In this document: positions 22,178-32,152 of the stretch, one piece after another
Layout: each line of letters begins with the position of its first letter
Position numbering within the stretch: position 1 is the stretch's first letter
Assembly (NCBI GenBank): GCA_045110475.1
Contig: JBGCGC010000035.1
Location: 6,203-70,202, forward strand
DNA length: 64,000 nucleotides
From: Granulosicoccus sp.
Lineage (GTDB): Bacteria > Pseudomonadota > Gammaproteobacteria > Granulosicoccales > Granulosicoccaceae
Direction: 5' to 3'
Made by a program: the position numbers and the translations under genes
Notes under the pieces: model-generated
The model's database searches: none
Told to the model about the DNA's origin: nothing
The model's input: the letters and a program-made list of their open reading frames with translations, nothing else

Positions 22178-23932
22178 CTACATCACCTCAGGTGTGGATA
22201 CGCCAATGATGGAGAGCCCGTTTGCCAAGACTTGCCGTACGGCAAGTAGCAGACACACGCGCGCCTGCCTCAGCTCCTGATCTTCCACCAACACTTTATG
22301 TGCGTTGTAGTAACTGTGTAGACCATTTGCGAGATCTCGCAAGTATCCTGTGAGCTGGTGAGGCTCGTGTGCCAGCGCTGCGCGTTGCAAAAGTTCGGGA
22401 TAGGTTGCCAATTGCGTCATCAGATCGGTCTCCGCCGTCTCTGTCAAGCGCCCCAATGCCGCAAGGCCAGCAGCCTTGTCGAATACCAGCTTGCGCTGTT
22501 CCAGCTGACGCATGACGCTGCAGATGCGTGCATAAGCGTATTGCACGTAATACACAGGATTATCGTTGGATTGGGATTTGGCCAGATCCAGATCAAAATC
22601 CATGTGTTGCGAGTATTTGCGCATGACATAGAAGTACCGCGCCGCATCCTTACCCACCTCATCACGCAGCTCCCGGATAGTCACGAAGGAGCCGGAGCGG
22701 GTGGACATCTGTACCCGCTCACCGGCTCGGTAAAGAATGGCAAATTGTATGAGCACGAACTGCAGTTTCTCGCGCGGATAGCCAAGCGCTTCGCAGGCTG
22801 CAAGCATGCGGCTGGTGTAGCCATGATGATCAGCACCAAACAGGTACAGTACTTCGTCAAAACCACGCTGAATCTTGTTGTCGATGTAGGCGATATCCGA
22901 TGCAAAGTAGGTCGTCAGCCCATTGGCCCGCACGATAGGTCGGTCCTTCTCATCACCAAAGTTCGACGATTTAAACCAGGTGACGCCCTCTTTCACGTAA
23001 GTGTGTCCGGCGGCTTCCAGACGTTTCACCACTTCCTGCACCTGCGGAGCGATACTTCGCTCGCTGAACCATTGATCGTATTGCACACCAAATTCTGCCA
23101 GATCATCCTTGATATCCTCGAGGATGGCGTCAAGAGCAGCATCAAACACCTGCCGATACTGAGCGTTCCCGAGAAGCTGCTGAGCGCGCTGAATCAATGC
23201 ATCAATGTGCTTCTCCTTGTCACCGCCAGCGGGCTCATCAGCGACGACGTCACTGAACACGTCAGCGGCCTTGTGGCGCAGCGTTTCACCATGCTCATCA
23301 CGCAGCGACTGGCTGATAGTGATGATGTATTCGCCCTTGTATCCGTTTGAGGGAAACACCAGCTCCTCCCCACACAAAACGAGATATCGCAGCCAGACAC
23401 TGGTGGCAAGGATATCCATTTGCCGTCCAGCGTCGTTGACGTAATACTCTCGCTCGACAGTAAAACCGGCGGCATCGAGCAGGTTTGAAACGGTGGCGCC
23501 CATCGCAGCTCCGCGACCATGACCCACGTGCAGGGGCCCGGTTGGGTTGGCAGACACAAATTCCACTTGAACACGTTTTCCCGCTCCTACATCGCTGCGC
23601 CCGAAAGCCGCACCCTGACCGAGAACGCTGGCAACAACCGCACACTGCGCATCGTCTGCCTGGAAGAAATTGATAAACCCTGGACCTGCAATAACCACTT
23701 GCTTGACTGACGTGGAGGATGGCATTGCATCGATCAGGGCCTGCGCAATGTCGCGCGGTGGACGCTTGGCAGGCTTGGCCAGCATCATGGCAAGATTGGA
23801 TGCAAAGTCACCATGGCTTGCATCGCGTGTGCGAGTAACGCTGATCGTCGGGTTGACATCTTCTGGCACAATGCCATTAGCTTTAAGCACAGCCAGCGCA
23901 TCGCTTAACTGCTGTTCAATCTGGGGAATCAC
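22178..23932 (-). CDS. argS: Arginine--tRNA ligase
   Basis: HGDFASN, EFVSANPTGPLHVGHGRG, GADHHGY, MSTRSG, NPVYYVQYAYARI. Start taken at GTG 23932. Confidence 0.97.
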   Translation of the reverse strand: MIPQIEQQLSDALAVLKANGIVPEDVNPTISVTRTRDASHGDFASNLAMMLAKPAKRPPRDIAQALIDAMPSSTSVKQVVIAGPGFINFFQADDAQCAVVASVLGQGAAFGRSDVGAGKRVQVEFVSANPTGPLHVGHGRGAAMGATVSNLLDAAGFTVEREYYVNDAGRQMDILATSVWLRYLVLCGEELVFPSNGYKGEYIITISQSLRDEHGETLRHKAADVFSDVVADEPAGGDKEKHIDALIQRAQQLLGNAQYRQVFDAALDAILEDIKDDLAEFGVQYDQWFSERSIAPQVQEVVKRLEAAGHTYVKEGVTWFKSSNFGDEKDRPIVRANGLTTYFASDIAYIDNKIQRGFDEVLYLFGADHHGYTSRMLAACEALGYPREKLQFVLIQFAILYRAGERVQMSTRSGSFVTIRELRDEVGKDAARYFYVMRKYSQHMDFDLDLAKSQSNDNPVYYVQYAYARICSVMRQLEQRKLVFDKAAGLAALGRLTETAETDLMTQLATYPELLQRAALAHEPHQLTGYLRDLANGLHSYYNAHKVLVEDQELRQARVCLLLAVRQVLANGLSIIGVSTPEVM

Positions 23933-24176
23933 GGGCAAGGTCCACACAGGGTATCTGGCCGATAAGTCTAGCACCAGAGAGACGACGCTCACGATGTCTG
24001 TTTCAGTGAGTGAACGTGCTTTTCAAAGCCGGGACAGCTGATCGCCAACTTATCCGCTCCCCAAGCTCGGTAGTTTCTATCCACGCATAGTTTTCAGCTT
24101 TTAGTAGATCCTCGCATTCGCAGGGACAACGAACGTTGTTTAGAAGATGACTTCGCTAAAAAATCACGGCCAAACG

Positions 24177-26363
24177 CTAAAAAAGATCGACAGGATCAAC
24201 ATCAATCGACCATCGACATCGTCTGGCGCCGGGTAGCGCATCAATGAGTTGCGACAAACACGACAAACTGCCATTAAGAGTCGAACGTAAATTCGATTGC
24301 AGTAGCAATTGCGCTCGATAGCGACCACCCAGACGTTCCATCGGTGCAGGCGCGGGTCCCAGAATGTCCAGCTGCTGCCCGGAATAGCTTTTGAGGCTGG
24401 CTGCAACTTCCAGTAAAAACTGGTGTGGCTCGGCTACGGTCACCGCTTCTGCCCGTACCAGCGCCATGAATGAATACGGGGGTAGATCGGCCAGTTTTCG
24501 CTCTGCCATGGCAATTTTTGCAAACGGTGCATAGCCGTCGACGATCAAGGTTTGCAACATGGGGCTGTCTGGATTCCGCGTCTGGATGAGAACGGTGCCA
24601 CTGGTCTTTTCACGTCCTGCCCTGCCCGCTACTTGCAAGATCAGTTGACCCATGTGTTCCAGCGAACGAAAATCCGTACCAAACAAACCCCGGTCGGCAT
24701 CCAGTATGCCAACCAGGGTCAGCTTGGGAAAATGATGCCCCTTGGCAAGCATCTGTGTGCCCACCAGTATTCTGGCCTCGCCACTGGTTGCCAATGCCAA
24801 TTGCTGTTCCAGTGCACCTTTGCGTCGGGTGCTGTCACGATCAATCCGTGCGATCAGCACATCAGGGAAAGCATCCTGCAGAGCAGCCGCTATCCGTTCG
24901 GTACCATACCCCACACGATCCAGCTCTACCGAACCACAACTCTCGCAACCGGCTGGCATCCGGCGTTCGGATCCGCAGTGATGACAGCGCAGTCGATTAC
25001 TTCTTGCATGCACCGTCATATTGGCATCACATCGATTGCAATCTGCGGCAGAGCCACAATCGTTGCACAGCAAGGTCGGGGCAAAGCCACGACGATTAAT
25101 AAACACGAGTGCCTGGCCTGCATTATCCAGATGCTGCCGAATGGCATCAATCATGCGATCGCTCATTCCCTCTATCAATTTTCGCCGGCGAATATCCATC
25201 AGACCCAGCTTGGGTGGCACCGCTTCTCCGGCTCGATTTGTCAAGGGTAACTGTACAAACTTGCCACTATCGACGTTGTTAAGACTTTCAAACGAGGGGG
25301 TGGCACTGCCAAGTACTACAGGGCAATTCCTGGCTCTGGCGCGCATCAGTGCAAGATCCCGGGCATGGTAGCGAAACCCGTCTTGTTGCTTGAACGAGTT
25401 GTCATGCTCTTCATCCACAATGATCAGGCCCAGACGTGGCATGGCAGCCAGAATCGAGGACCGCGTACCAATCACCACATCAGCATATCCATGTGCCGCA
25501 CACAACCAGTTTTGCATGCGCTGTGTATCGTTGAGTCCGGAATGCAGGCTAACCAGGCAACCATCCAGACGCTGTTCAAAACGGCTCATCAGCTGAGGAG
25601 TCAGAGATATTTCAGGAACCAGTACCAGAGCCTGCAAGCCACGACTACACGCCGCCTCGATACCTCTTAGATAGACTTCTGTTTTGCCACTACCAGTAAC
25701 CCCGTTAAGCAGGAATCGTTGATTGCTCCCCAACGCATTAATGATCTGATCGACCGCGTTTTGCTGTTCATCGGCAAGCTCAGGTGCTTGCGCATGAGCT
25801 TTGTTATCCGGAATCTGCAAGGCCTTCTCACACACCACCCAGCCCTTTTCCATTAGCGGAGCCAATGAAGCACGCCAACGTGGGCTGATCCTGACCAAAG
25901 AATCTGCACCGGCAGACTTACCTGATAAGTCCGCCAGATAGCTGGCTATCTGAAATTGCACTTTTGCACGCTTTAGCGTGTCTGGCACGGGTGCAGGCCC
26001 AGCCCAGTGATAAAACTCACGTTCAGCAATGGCGGCATCCTGCCCCTTGCGGAGCAGACTGGGCAACGCAGATGCCATAACGTCGCCCAGAGGGTGGTGG
26101 TAGTAGCGGCTTGCCCATTCAAGAAGATTCATGAGATCGTCCGGGATCAGCGCGTATTCATCATGGACACGGCGCACTGCACGCAGTTTGTTCTCGGGGA
26201 CTTCTGAACTCTGCACGGCACCCAACACGACACCAATGACTTCACGACGCCCGAAAGGCACGCTGACTCTCGCCCCACGAATCACGGGATCACTGGATTT
26301 CCATTGATAGTCAAACACCCGGAACAGTGGTGTCGGAATGGCCACTTGTACAAGTGTGCTCAT
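24177..26363 (-). CDS. priA: Primosomal protein N' (replication restart helicase)
   Basis: GVTGSGKTEVY, DEEH, GSATPS, Cys-rich CNDC..CNRC..CHHC..CESC, QVAGRAGR, DVDP. Confidence 0.97.
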   Translation of the reverse strand: MSTLVQVAIPTPLFRVFDYQWKSSDPVIRGARVSVPFGRREVIGVVLGAVQSSEVPENKLRAVRRVHDEYALIPDDLMNLLEWASRYYHHPLGDVMASALPSLLRKGQDAAIAEREFYHWAGPAPVPDTLKRAKVQFQIASYLADLSGKSAGADSLVRISPRWRASLAPLMEKGWVVCEKALQIPDNKAHAQAPELADEQQNAVDQIINALGSNQRFLLNGVTGSGKTEVYLRGIEAACSRGLQALVLVPEISLTPQLMSRFEQRLDGCLVSLHSGLNDTQRMQNWLCAAHGYADVVIGTRSSILAAMPRLGLIIVDEEHDNSFKQQDGFRYHARDLALMRARARNCPVVLGSATPSFESLNNVDSGKFVQLPLTNRAGEAVPPKLGLMDIRRRKLIEGMSDRMIDAIRQHLDNAGQALVFINRRGFAPTLLCNDCGSAADCNRCDANMTVHARSNRLRCHHCGSERRMPAGCESCGSVELDRVGYGTERIAAALQDAFPDVLIARIDRDSTRRKGALEQQLALATSGEARILVGTQMLAKGHHFPKLTLVGILDADRGLFGTDFRSLEHMGQLILQVAGRAGREKTSGTVLIQTRNPDSPMLQTLIVDGYAPFAKIAMAERKLADLPPYSFMALVRAEAVTVAEPHQFLLEVAASLKSYSGQQLDILGPAPAPMERLGGRYRAQLLLQSNLRSTLNGSLSCLSQLIDALPGARRCRWSIDVDPVDLF

Positions 26364-26453
26364 CCTGTCCGGACTAACCCCTTTGATCCTGATGCACGGA
26401 TGATTGGCATCTGATGATTGGAACCCTGCACGTTAGTGTCAATAAAACGTGAT

Positions 26454-26488
26454 TTATCAACAATTTCTGTGGATAACTTTGTGGACAA
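26454..26488. promoter_or_regulatory. DnaA-box triplet with DARS-like geometry
   Basis: TTATCAACA-ATTTC-TGTGGATAA-CTT-TGTGGACAA. One forward box (1 mismatch) is followed by two reverse boxes (perfect; 1 mismatch), with spacers of 5 and 3 bp. Confidence 0.75.
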
Positions 26489-26573
26489 AGCTGTAATTCG
26501 CCTCTCTATCGCCGATGGCTAGCCGGTTTGCCAAAATTGGATAAAGTTTGATCAATCGGTATATATCAATACA

Positions 26574-26586
26574 AATCAATAGTTTA
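26574..26586 (+). promoter_or_regulatory. IHF consensus site
   Basis: AATCAA-TAGT-TTA matches WATCAANNNNTTR exactly, in an AT-rich context. Confidence 0.55.
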
Positions 26587-26657
26587 CATACTTTTCTTAA
26601 TATCAACTCACTAGCTTATACAATATGTTTCACTATTCATCAACGCCTTTTCGCTCT

Positions 26658-26666
26658 TGTGTATAA
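26658..26666 (-). promoter_or_regulatory. Additional DnaA box
   Basis: TGTGTATAA is the reverse complement of TTATACACA, which fits TTWTNCACA. Confidence 0.6.
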
Positions 26667-26878
26667 GCACAACAAAAAATAATTGACGTCAAGGCTTGGG
26701 AATGACAAATAACAGGCAATTTACAGATTTTTGTAAAAATTATCGGTTTCCAGGATAAAACTCAGATGACACAGACTCACACCTGAGTGTTACCAGATCT
26801 CTCACCTGGCACGCATGTGCGCAGACTAGTGCCTTATGAGTCGAGATTATTCAAAGGGTTATTCCACCTACCCCGTCC

Positions 26879-28267
26879 TTAATCGAGACTCTTGATCGAC
26901 ATGACAAGATTTTGAATGGTGTCACGAGCATCACCAAATAGCACTCGGGTAACCGGCGAAAACAACAACGGGTTTTCCACGCCAGCATAGCCGGTACCAT
27001 CACCCCTCTTCAGGACAATGACCCGTTTGGCCTTGTCCACGTCCAAAACCGGCATGCCGTAAAGCGGAGAGTCTGTGTCATCGCGAGCAGCCGGGTTTAC
27101 GATGTCGTTCGCCCCGACCACAAGGGCGACATCAACCTCGGAGAATTCAGCGTTGATATCCGAAAGATCCTGAATTTTTTCATAAGGCACACCTGCTTCA
27201 GCCAGCAATACGTTCATATGCCCAGGCATCCGACCGGCAACGGGATGAATCGCAAAGCCTGTGGTTACCCCACGCGCTTCCAGCAACTGTGTTAGCTCAC
27301 GAAGCTTGTGTTGTGCCTGAGCTGTCGCCATTCCGTAGCCAGGAATGATCTCCACCCGTCGCGCGTAGGCCATATCTACCGCTGCATCACGAGCATCGAT
27401 CGTATTGACGTGGTCGCGGCTGTCGATTCCAGCACTGTCGTCGGGGCCAATGCCAAATCCCGAGTACATGATCTCGCTAAGACGTCGATTGACAGCTCGC
27501 GCCATTAGCCGCGTTAGCAGCGAGCCTGCAGCGAAAACAATGGTCCCCGCCACCACCATGGCAGGATTATTCAAAACAAAGCCATCAAACGCCACTGCCA
27601 GACCGGTTAACGCGTTGTAAAAAGATACCAATACCGGCATGTCTGCGATAGACGTTGGCAAGGTCATGAGCAAGCCAAAACTGACGGCTAAAACGACAAA
27701 CATCAGCAGCAACATCGGATGAGCCGTTGACGAGGTCGCGATGATCAGACCCAACAGCAGCACCAGAGCACTGTTGGCGAGGTAGGCTACCTGACGCTTG
27801 GCGAAACCTCCACGAGCTGCAAACAGACCGTTGAGACGAAAAAAAGCAAACACGGAACCCGCGAAGGCCACGCAACCGATTAGCGCACCGACCATCGCTA
27901 ACGCTTTTTCAGCAGGCCCATAAATTGACACATGCAGCAGCACCAGAACGGATATTCCTGCGGCTGCAAGCCCTCCAAGTCCGTTGTATAGCGCAATCAT
28001 CTGTGGCATGCGGGTCATCTCTACACGGCGGGCATGCACCAGAGAGAGCAAGCCGCCAGACATGACAGCCACGACGATAAGCCAATGATTGGCAGTCAGA
28101 TCCGGATGAAAGAACATGGAGCCGATGGCAAGCAACATTCCTATCCCACCGACCCAGATGCCACGACGGGCCTTTCTCGGTGAGCTCAGGTTTCGCAGTG
28201 CTGTAATAAATAGCACGGTAGCAACAAACCAGGCGAGTTGAACCATTACGGGAACGGAGTCTTGCAT
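26879..28267 (-). CDS. pntB: NAD(P) transhydrogenase subunit beta
   Basis: Multiple TM helices, MPQMIA, DMPVLVS, PGYGMATAQAQ, IHPVAGRMPGHMNVLLAEA, GANDIVNPAA. Confidence 0.96.
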   Translation of the reverse strand: MQDSVPVMVQLAWFVATVLFITALRNLSSPRKARRGIWVGGIGMLLAIGSMFFHPDLTANHWLIVVAVMSGGLLSLVHARRVEMTRMPQMIALYNGLGGLAAAGISVLVLLHVSIYGPAEKALAMVGALIGCVAFAGSVFAFFRLNGLFAARGGFAKRQVAYLANSALVLLLGLIIATSSTAHPMLLLMFVVLAVSFGLLMTLPTSIADMPVLVSFYNALTGLAVAFDGFVLNNPAMVVAGTIVFAAGSLLTRLMARAVNRRLSEIMYSGFGIGPDDSAGIDSRDHVNTIDARDAAVDMAYARRVEIIPGYGMATAQAQHKLRELTQLLEARGVTTGFAIHPVAGRMPGHMNVLLAEAGVPYEKIQDLSDINAEFSEVDVALVVGANDIVNPAARDDTDSPLYGMPVLDVDKAKRVIVLKRGDGTGYAGVENPLLFSPVTRVLFGDARDTIQNLVMSIKSLD

Positions 28268-28270
28268 GAG

Positions 28271-28672
28271 CTACTGATCACCCTTGACGCTGATTGTCGA
28301 AGGTTTTCCTGATGCGCCCCCCGGATGACCGGCACGGCCATCGACAATACTGTCATTCACCAGCTGCACCCCTTGCAACGACTCTGCACCACGTGAGCCT
28401 TTTTGTTCGAAGAGGTGAAGCATTCGATCAGTCACAACAAACCCGCCGACTACATTGGCCGCAGCAGCCATCACAGCAATAAAACCAATAACCATCTCCA
28501 GCGTCCCTGACGCATTGGCAAGAGCAAGCATGGCACCAGCCAGTACAATTCCGTGAATGAAGTTTGATCCGGACAACATCGGCGTGTGTAGCAGGGAAGG
28601 CACCCGGGCAATCAGGACATAGCCTGCAACCGCTGCCAGCAATACAAGATATAGCGCGCTAACAATACTCAT
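28271..28672 (-). CDS. pntAB: NAD(P) transhydrogenase subunit alpha, part 2 (membrane)
   Basis: VPSLLHTPMLSGSN and NVVGGFVVTDRML motifs. Confidence 0.93.
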   Translation of the reverse strand: MSIVSALYLVLLAAVAGYVLIARVPSLLHTPMLSGSNFIHGIVLAGAMLALANASGTLEMVIGFIAVMAAAANVVGGFVVTDRMLHLFEQKGSRGAESLQGVQLVNDSIVDGRAGHPGGASGKPSTISVKGDQ

Positions 28673-30357
28673 ATAGTCAATTGCTCCATCAGCTTACGTG
28701 CTTGTCCAGTCCAGTCCTGTTTTTCCACCTCATCATCAAGCTCTAGCTGAACAGTGAGCTTCTGCACACCAGCATCATCAAGCACGGCAATATCCTCAAA
28801 ACGCCTGAAGCCAAATGAATAAAGGCACTCCTGAAGCGCAGGTCCGACGCCGTTGATGCGGGTAAAATCATCCGCTTGCGACTCTTCTTCTATTGGCTCC
28901 GATGGCTGTATCGTCAGGCCATCGAGTGCCTGTAAATCATCCACATTCTCCATGACCTGCAAGTGATCAAGGTCTGCAAGGTCAGAACCTTTGACGTCGC
29001 CAGGAGCTGAGAGCTCTACCTGGTTTGCTTGGTCATCTCCGGTTCTGGCTACAAGATCTGTGGGTGCCCCGTCAATCGCACTGCCGGATTCAGAAACCGC
29101 TGTTAGCGCATCTTCTGCCGGCTCACGATCTACTCCATTAGCATCGGTGTGATCTTCAGGCTCCACCAGCCAACCGGCACTCTGGTCTGGAAAATCCGAT
29201 GCAACGTGAACGGCACCGCCAAAGGCTACATGCTCGGTTTCCATCAAGCTGGCCGTTGGACCGTGATTAACGTTCCCGTCGTGGCATACGACGCAGCGGG
29301 CAATGATGTCGTCGTCAGGGTCCAGCACCACTTCGTCGTGGCGTATAACCAGTTGCAACATGTTGTACACATTGCGTCCGTACATCTCGCTGGCATGTAC
29401 TGCTCCATGACTAGGTAGATTCAAAGGTCCAACAATCAGTGTTTCATGGTGGTAGTAGTGTTCGCCAACGTGCGTTAATTCGCAGTTACCACCCGTCGAG
29501 GCCGCCAGATCGACAATTACGGACTCCGGCAGCATGCCGTCCACCATGTCTTCCGTTATGATTCGTGGCGCATTTCGTCCAGGAATGGAGGCCGCGCAAA
29601 TCACGACGTGGGCACGAGCAAGATGCTCCGCCAGCACATCATGCTGCTTCTGCCGTTCGTCCTTACGCAGGGCGCGAGCGAATCCACCAGCACCTTCAAC
29701 CTCAACTCCGGTGTCAACCATCCTTGCCCCCAACGACTCGATCTGCTCCTTGGCCGCACGTCGGATATCGTACCCCTCTACCTGAGCACCCAGGCGACGG
29801 GCGGTAGCAATTGCCTGCAAACCGGCAACTCCCGCACCGATAACCAGCACCCGGGAGGGGCGAATGGTGCCCGCAGCGGTAGTCAGCATCGGGAACATGC
29901 GCGGTGACAACTCGGCAGCCAGAAGGGCAGCCTTGTAACCTGCAACGGTCGCCTGCGATGACAACGCGTCCATGGGTTGGGCACGGGTGGTTCGGGGCAT
30001 GTGATCCATGGCAAGCACAGTGATTCGGCCAAGTCTCAGCGCTTCGACCTCATTAACATGCTGGAAAGCCGACATGCTGCAGATAAGCACAGAGCCTGCT
30101 CGAAGTTCGCTGATTTCATCAAGCGTCGGACACACCACTTTGACGATGATGTCGGCGCCACGGACAACCTCGGCAAAGCTGTCGTGCACCGTAGCACCCT
30201 GGTAATCGTCATCGTGGAAGCTTGCGCTATGTCCGCACTCCGCTTCGATACGCACTTGCAGGCCCGACTGAATCAGACGCTCCACCCGCGAAGGATCCAG
30301 CGCGACACGCCGTTCGCTAGGGCGCCGCTCTCGCGGCAAGGCAATAATTAGTGACAA
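28669..30357 (-). CDS. pntAA: NAD(P) transhydrogenase subunit alpha, part 1 (dI) with acidic linker and C-terminal HhH-like domain
   Basis: ERRVAL, RAQPMDALSSQ, TAAGTIRP, GAGVAGLQAI, GGNCE. Start taken at TTG 30357 (GAGG RBS). About 200 extra residues end in DDFTRINGVGP...DWTGQARKL. Confidence 0.92.
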   Translation of the reverse strand: MSLIIALPRERRPSERRVALDPSRVERLIQSGLQVRIEAECGHSASFHDDDYQGATVHDSFAEVVRGADIIVKVVCPTLDEISELRAGSVLICSMSAFQHVNEVEALRLGRITVLAMDHMPRTTRAQPMDALSSQATVAGYKAALLAAELSPRMFPMLTTAAGTIRPSRVLVIGAGVAGLQAIATARRLGAQVEGYDIRRAAKEQIESLGARMVDTGVEVEGAGGFARALRKDERQKQHDVLAEHLARAHVVICAASIPGRNAPRIITEDMVDGMLPESVIVDLAASTGGNCELTHVGEHYYHHETLIVGPLNLPSHGAVHASEMYGRNVYNMLQLVIRHDEVVLDPDDDIIARCVVCHDGNVNHGPTASLMETEHVAFGGAVHVASDFPDQSAGWLVEPEDHTDANGVDREPAEDALTAVSESGSAIDGAPTDLVARTGDDQANQVELSAPGDVKGSDLADLDHLQVMENVDDLQALDGLTIQPSEPIEEESQADDFTRINGVGPALQECLYSFGFRRFEDIAVLDDAGVQKLTVQLELDDEVEKQDWTGQARKLMEQLTI

Positions 30358-31004
30358 AGAGCACCTCTTGGACAAGGGCGAATTGACAAGTGTCCGGTAT
30401 ACTAGCGCGAACGGGTCATGAAACGCCTGAATCTTTCCGGAAGCCAGACCCCGATCGACCCTTTCCTTGTTGCTTAATCTGCAAAGGAGCTGGTCGCGGC
30501 CCGGCGCAATACACATCGCATTCCGATCTGGCCGCACAGGATTCGTTACAGTAGAAAAGAGGCTCGGAGTATTCTGGTGGCTTCATGGATAGATAAGGCT
30601 AGAGTCGTGAGGCGCCAGAGACGTCCGGTATTCAACATCCGTGCGTATCAGGTTTCCTCGTTATCGGTAGTTTACTCCGCGAGCGCCTCTGCCGCATCAC
30701 CTTTGAACAAGACAGTAATACACCATAAAATCAGCACCTCAAATATCGACACCAGCTACGCAGGAAAACAACGGCAAGGCAGATCGAATCCGTACCACAC
30801 GGTCTGCTCGCATTCAGGCTTTTTCCAGCGTGCGATAGAGGCACATATTTTGCGCGTGCAAGACAAAACCCAAGAAAAACAAATTGATATGCAGCAGTTT
30901 CATTTCGGCGATTTTCTGCGGATCAAAACCGACCACATGGCTCCAATCTGTGTTCATTTGCGTACACACAGCCAAGCCCGTAGACAGGCCACGGCTTTAA
31001 AAGT

Positions 31005-32129
31005 ATGAAATACATCGGTAAACCACAATTCGAACATGGCTCTGAAGAGAAGCTGGGTGTTCTGATGGTCAATCTTGGAACGCCTGCGGCACCTGAGACC
31101 GGCGCTGTGCGCCGCTATCTGGCCGAGTTTCTCAGCGACCCTCGAATAATCGAGCTGCCACGCTGGTTGTGGCTTATTTTGTTACACGGCATCATTTTAC
31201 GCATACGGCCATCGCGCAGCGCAAAGGCCTATCGCGAAGTCTGGTCAGAAGAGACTGGCTCACCCTTGTTGAGCATCTCCCGGCAGCAGGAAACTGCGCT
31301 TCGCAATGAGCTACACAAACGCTTCGGCGGTCACGTACATATTGCGCTGGGCATGCGATACGGTGAACCGTCGATCGATAGCGCAATATCGGAACTTGAG
31401 GCAGCCAACGTCCGGCGCATGATCGTTTTGCCCATGTATCCTCAATATTCAGGCACCACAACAGCTTCGGTGTTTGACGCTGTTACCAGCAGGTTGCAAA
31501 AGACCCGCTGGATTCCAGAGCTGCGCTTCATCAACCAGTTCTGCGATCAAAAGGCGTTCGTGACATCGCTAGCCAATAGTGTAAGAGAAAGCTGGGAGAC
31601 GAACGGACGTGGCGATCTACTGGTGACCTCCTACCATGGCATCCCAAAGCGATACCTGACCAATGGCGACCCCTACCACTGTCTGTGTCATAAGACATCC
31701 CGGATGCTGGCAGAGGAACTGGAAATTGCGCCAGAAAAGATACTCGTGGTTTTTCAATCCAGAGTCGGCCGCGAGGAGTGGCTCAGACCCTACTGCGATG
31801 AGACCATGAAAAATCTTCCCGGAGAGGGTGTCAAGAACATCGATGTGCTGTGTCCGGCGTTCTCGGCTGATTGTCTTGAAACCATCGAAGAGATCAGCGG
31901 CGAAAATCGCGAATATTTCGAAGAACATGGTGGCGAGCGGTTTCAGTACATCCCTTGTCTGAACGACAGACCAGACCACATACAGTTTTTGGGTGATCTG
32001 TTGGAACGTCACGCACAAGGCTGGCCCGAAGCGGATATGGCGCGTGACATAAGCGTAGTCAATGCTGAGCTGGAGGCCTCAGCCAGACGTGCAGAATCGC
32101 TCAAGGAAAACGTACCCGCTAACGCTTGA
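31005..32129 (+). CDS. hemH: Ferrochelatase
   Basis: NLGTP, FLSDPR, MRYGEP, PMYPQYS, SYHGIP, FQSRVG..WLRP, DCLETIEEI. Confidence 0.96.
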   Translation: MKYIGKPQFEHGSEEKLGVLMVNLGTPAAPETGAVRRYLAEFLSDPRIIELPRWLWLILLHGIILRIRPSRSAKAYREVWSEETGSPLLSISRQQETALRNELHKRFGGHVHIALGMRYGEPSIDSAISELEAANVRRMIVLPMYPQYSGTTTASVFDAVTSRLQKTRWIPELRFINQFCDQKAFVTSLANSVRESWETNGRGDLLVTSYHGIPKRYLTNGDPYHCLCHKTSRMLAEELEIAPEKILVVFQSRVGREEWLRPYCDETMKNLPGEGVKNIDVLCPAFSADCLETIEEISGENREYFEEHGGERFQYIPCLNDRPDHIQFLGDLLERHAQGWPEADMARDISVVNAELEASARRAESLKENVPANA

Positions 32130-32152
32130 CGTGCAGCGGTAGCACTTACTCC

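Noticed and set aside
22358-23350. Long antisense ORFs (e.g. 22358-23350, 15692-16501, 47318-48076, 24552-25250)
   Set aside because: They are shadows of argS, hrpA, cheA and priA, with no independent protein motifs.
26364-26878. Chromosomal origin (oriC)
   Set aside because: There is no dnaA/dnaN/gidA/parAB context, only about four good boxes, and no clear 13-mer DUE repeats. The geometry fits a DARS or regulatory cluster better. GC skew was not computed.
30577-31008. 143-aa ORF upstream of hemH
   Set aside because: It has no recognisable motif or RBS and lies in the divergent pntAA/hemH promoter region; probably spurious.
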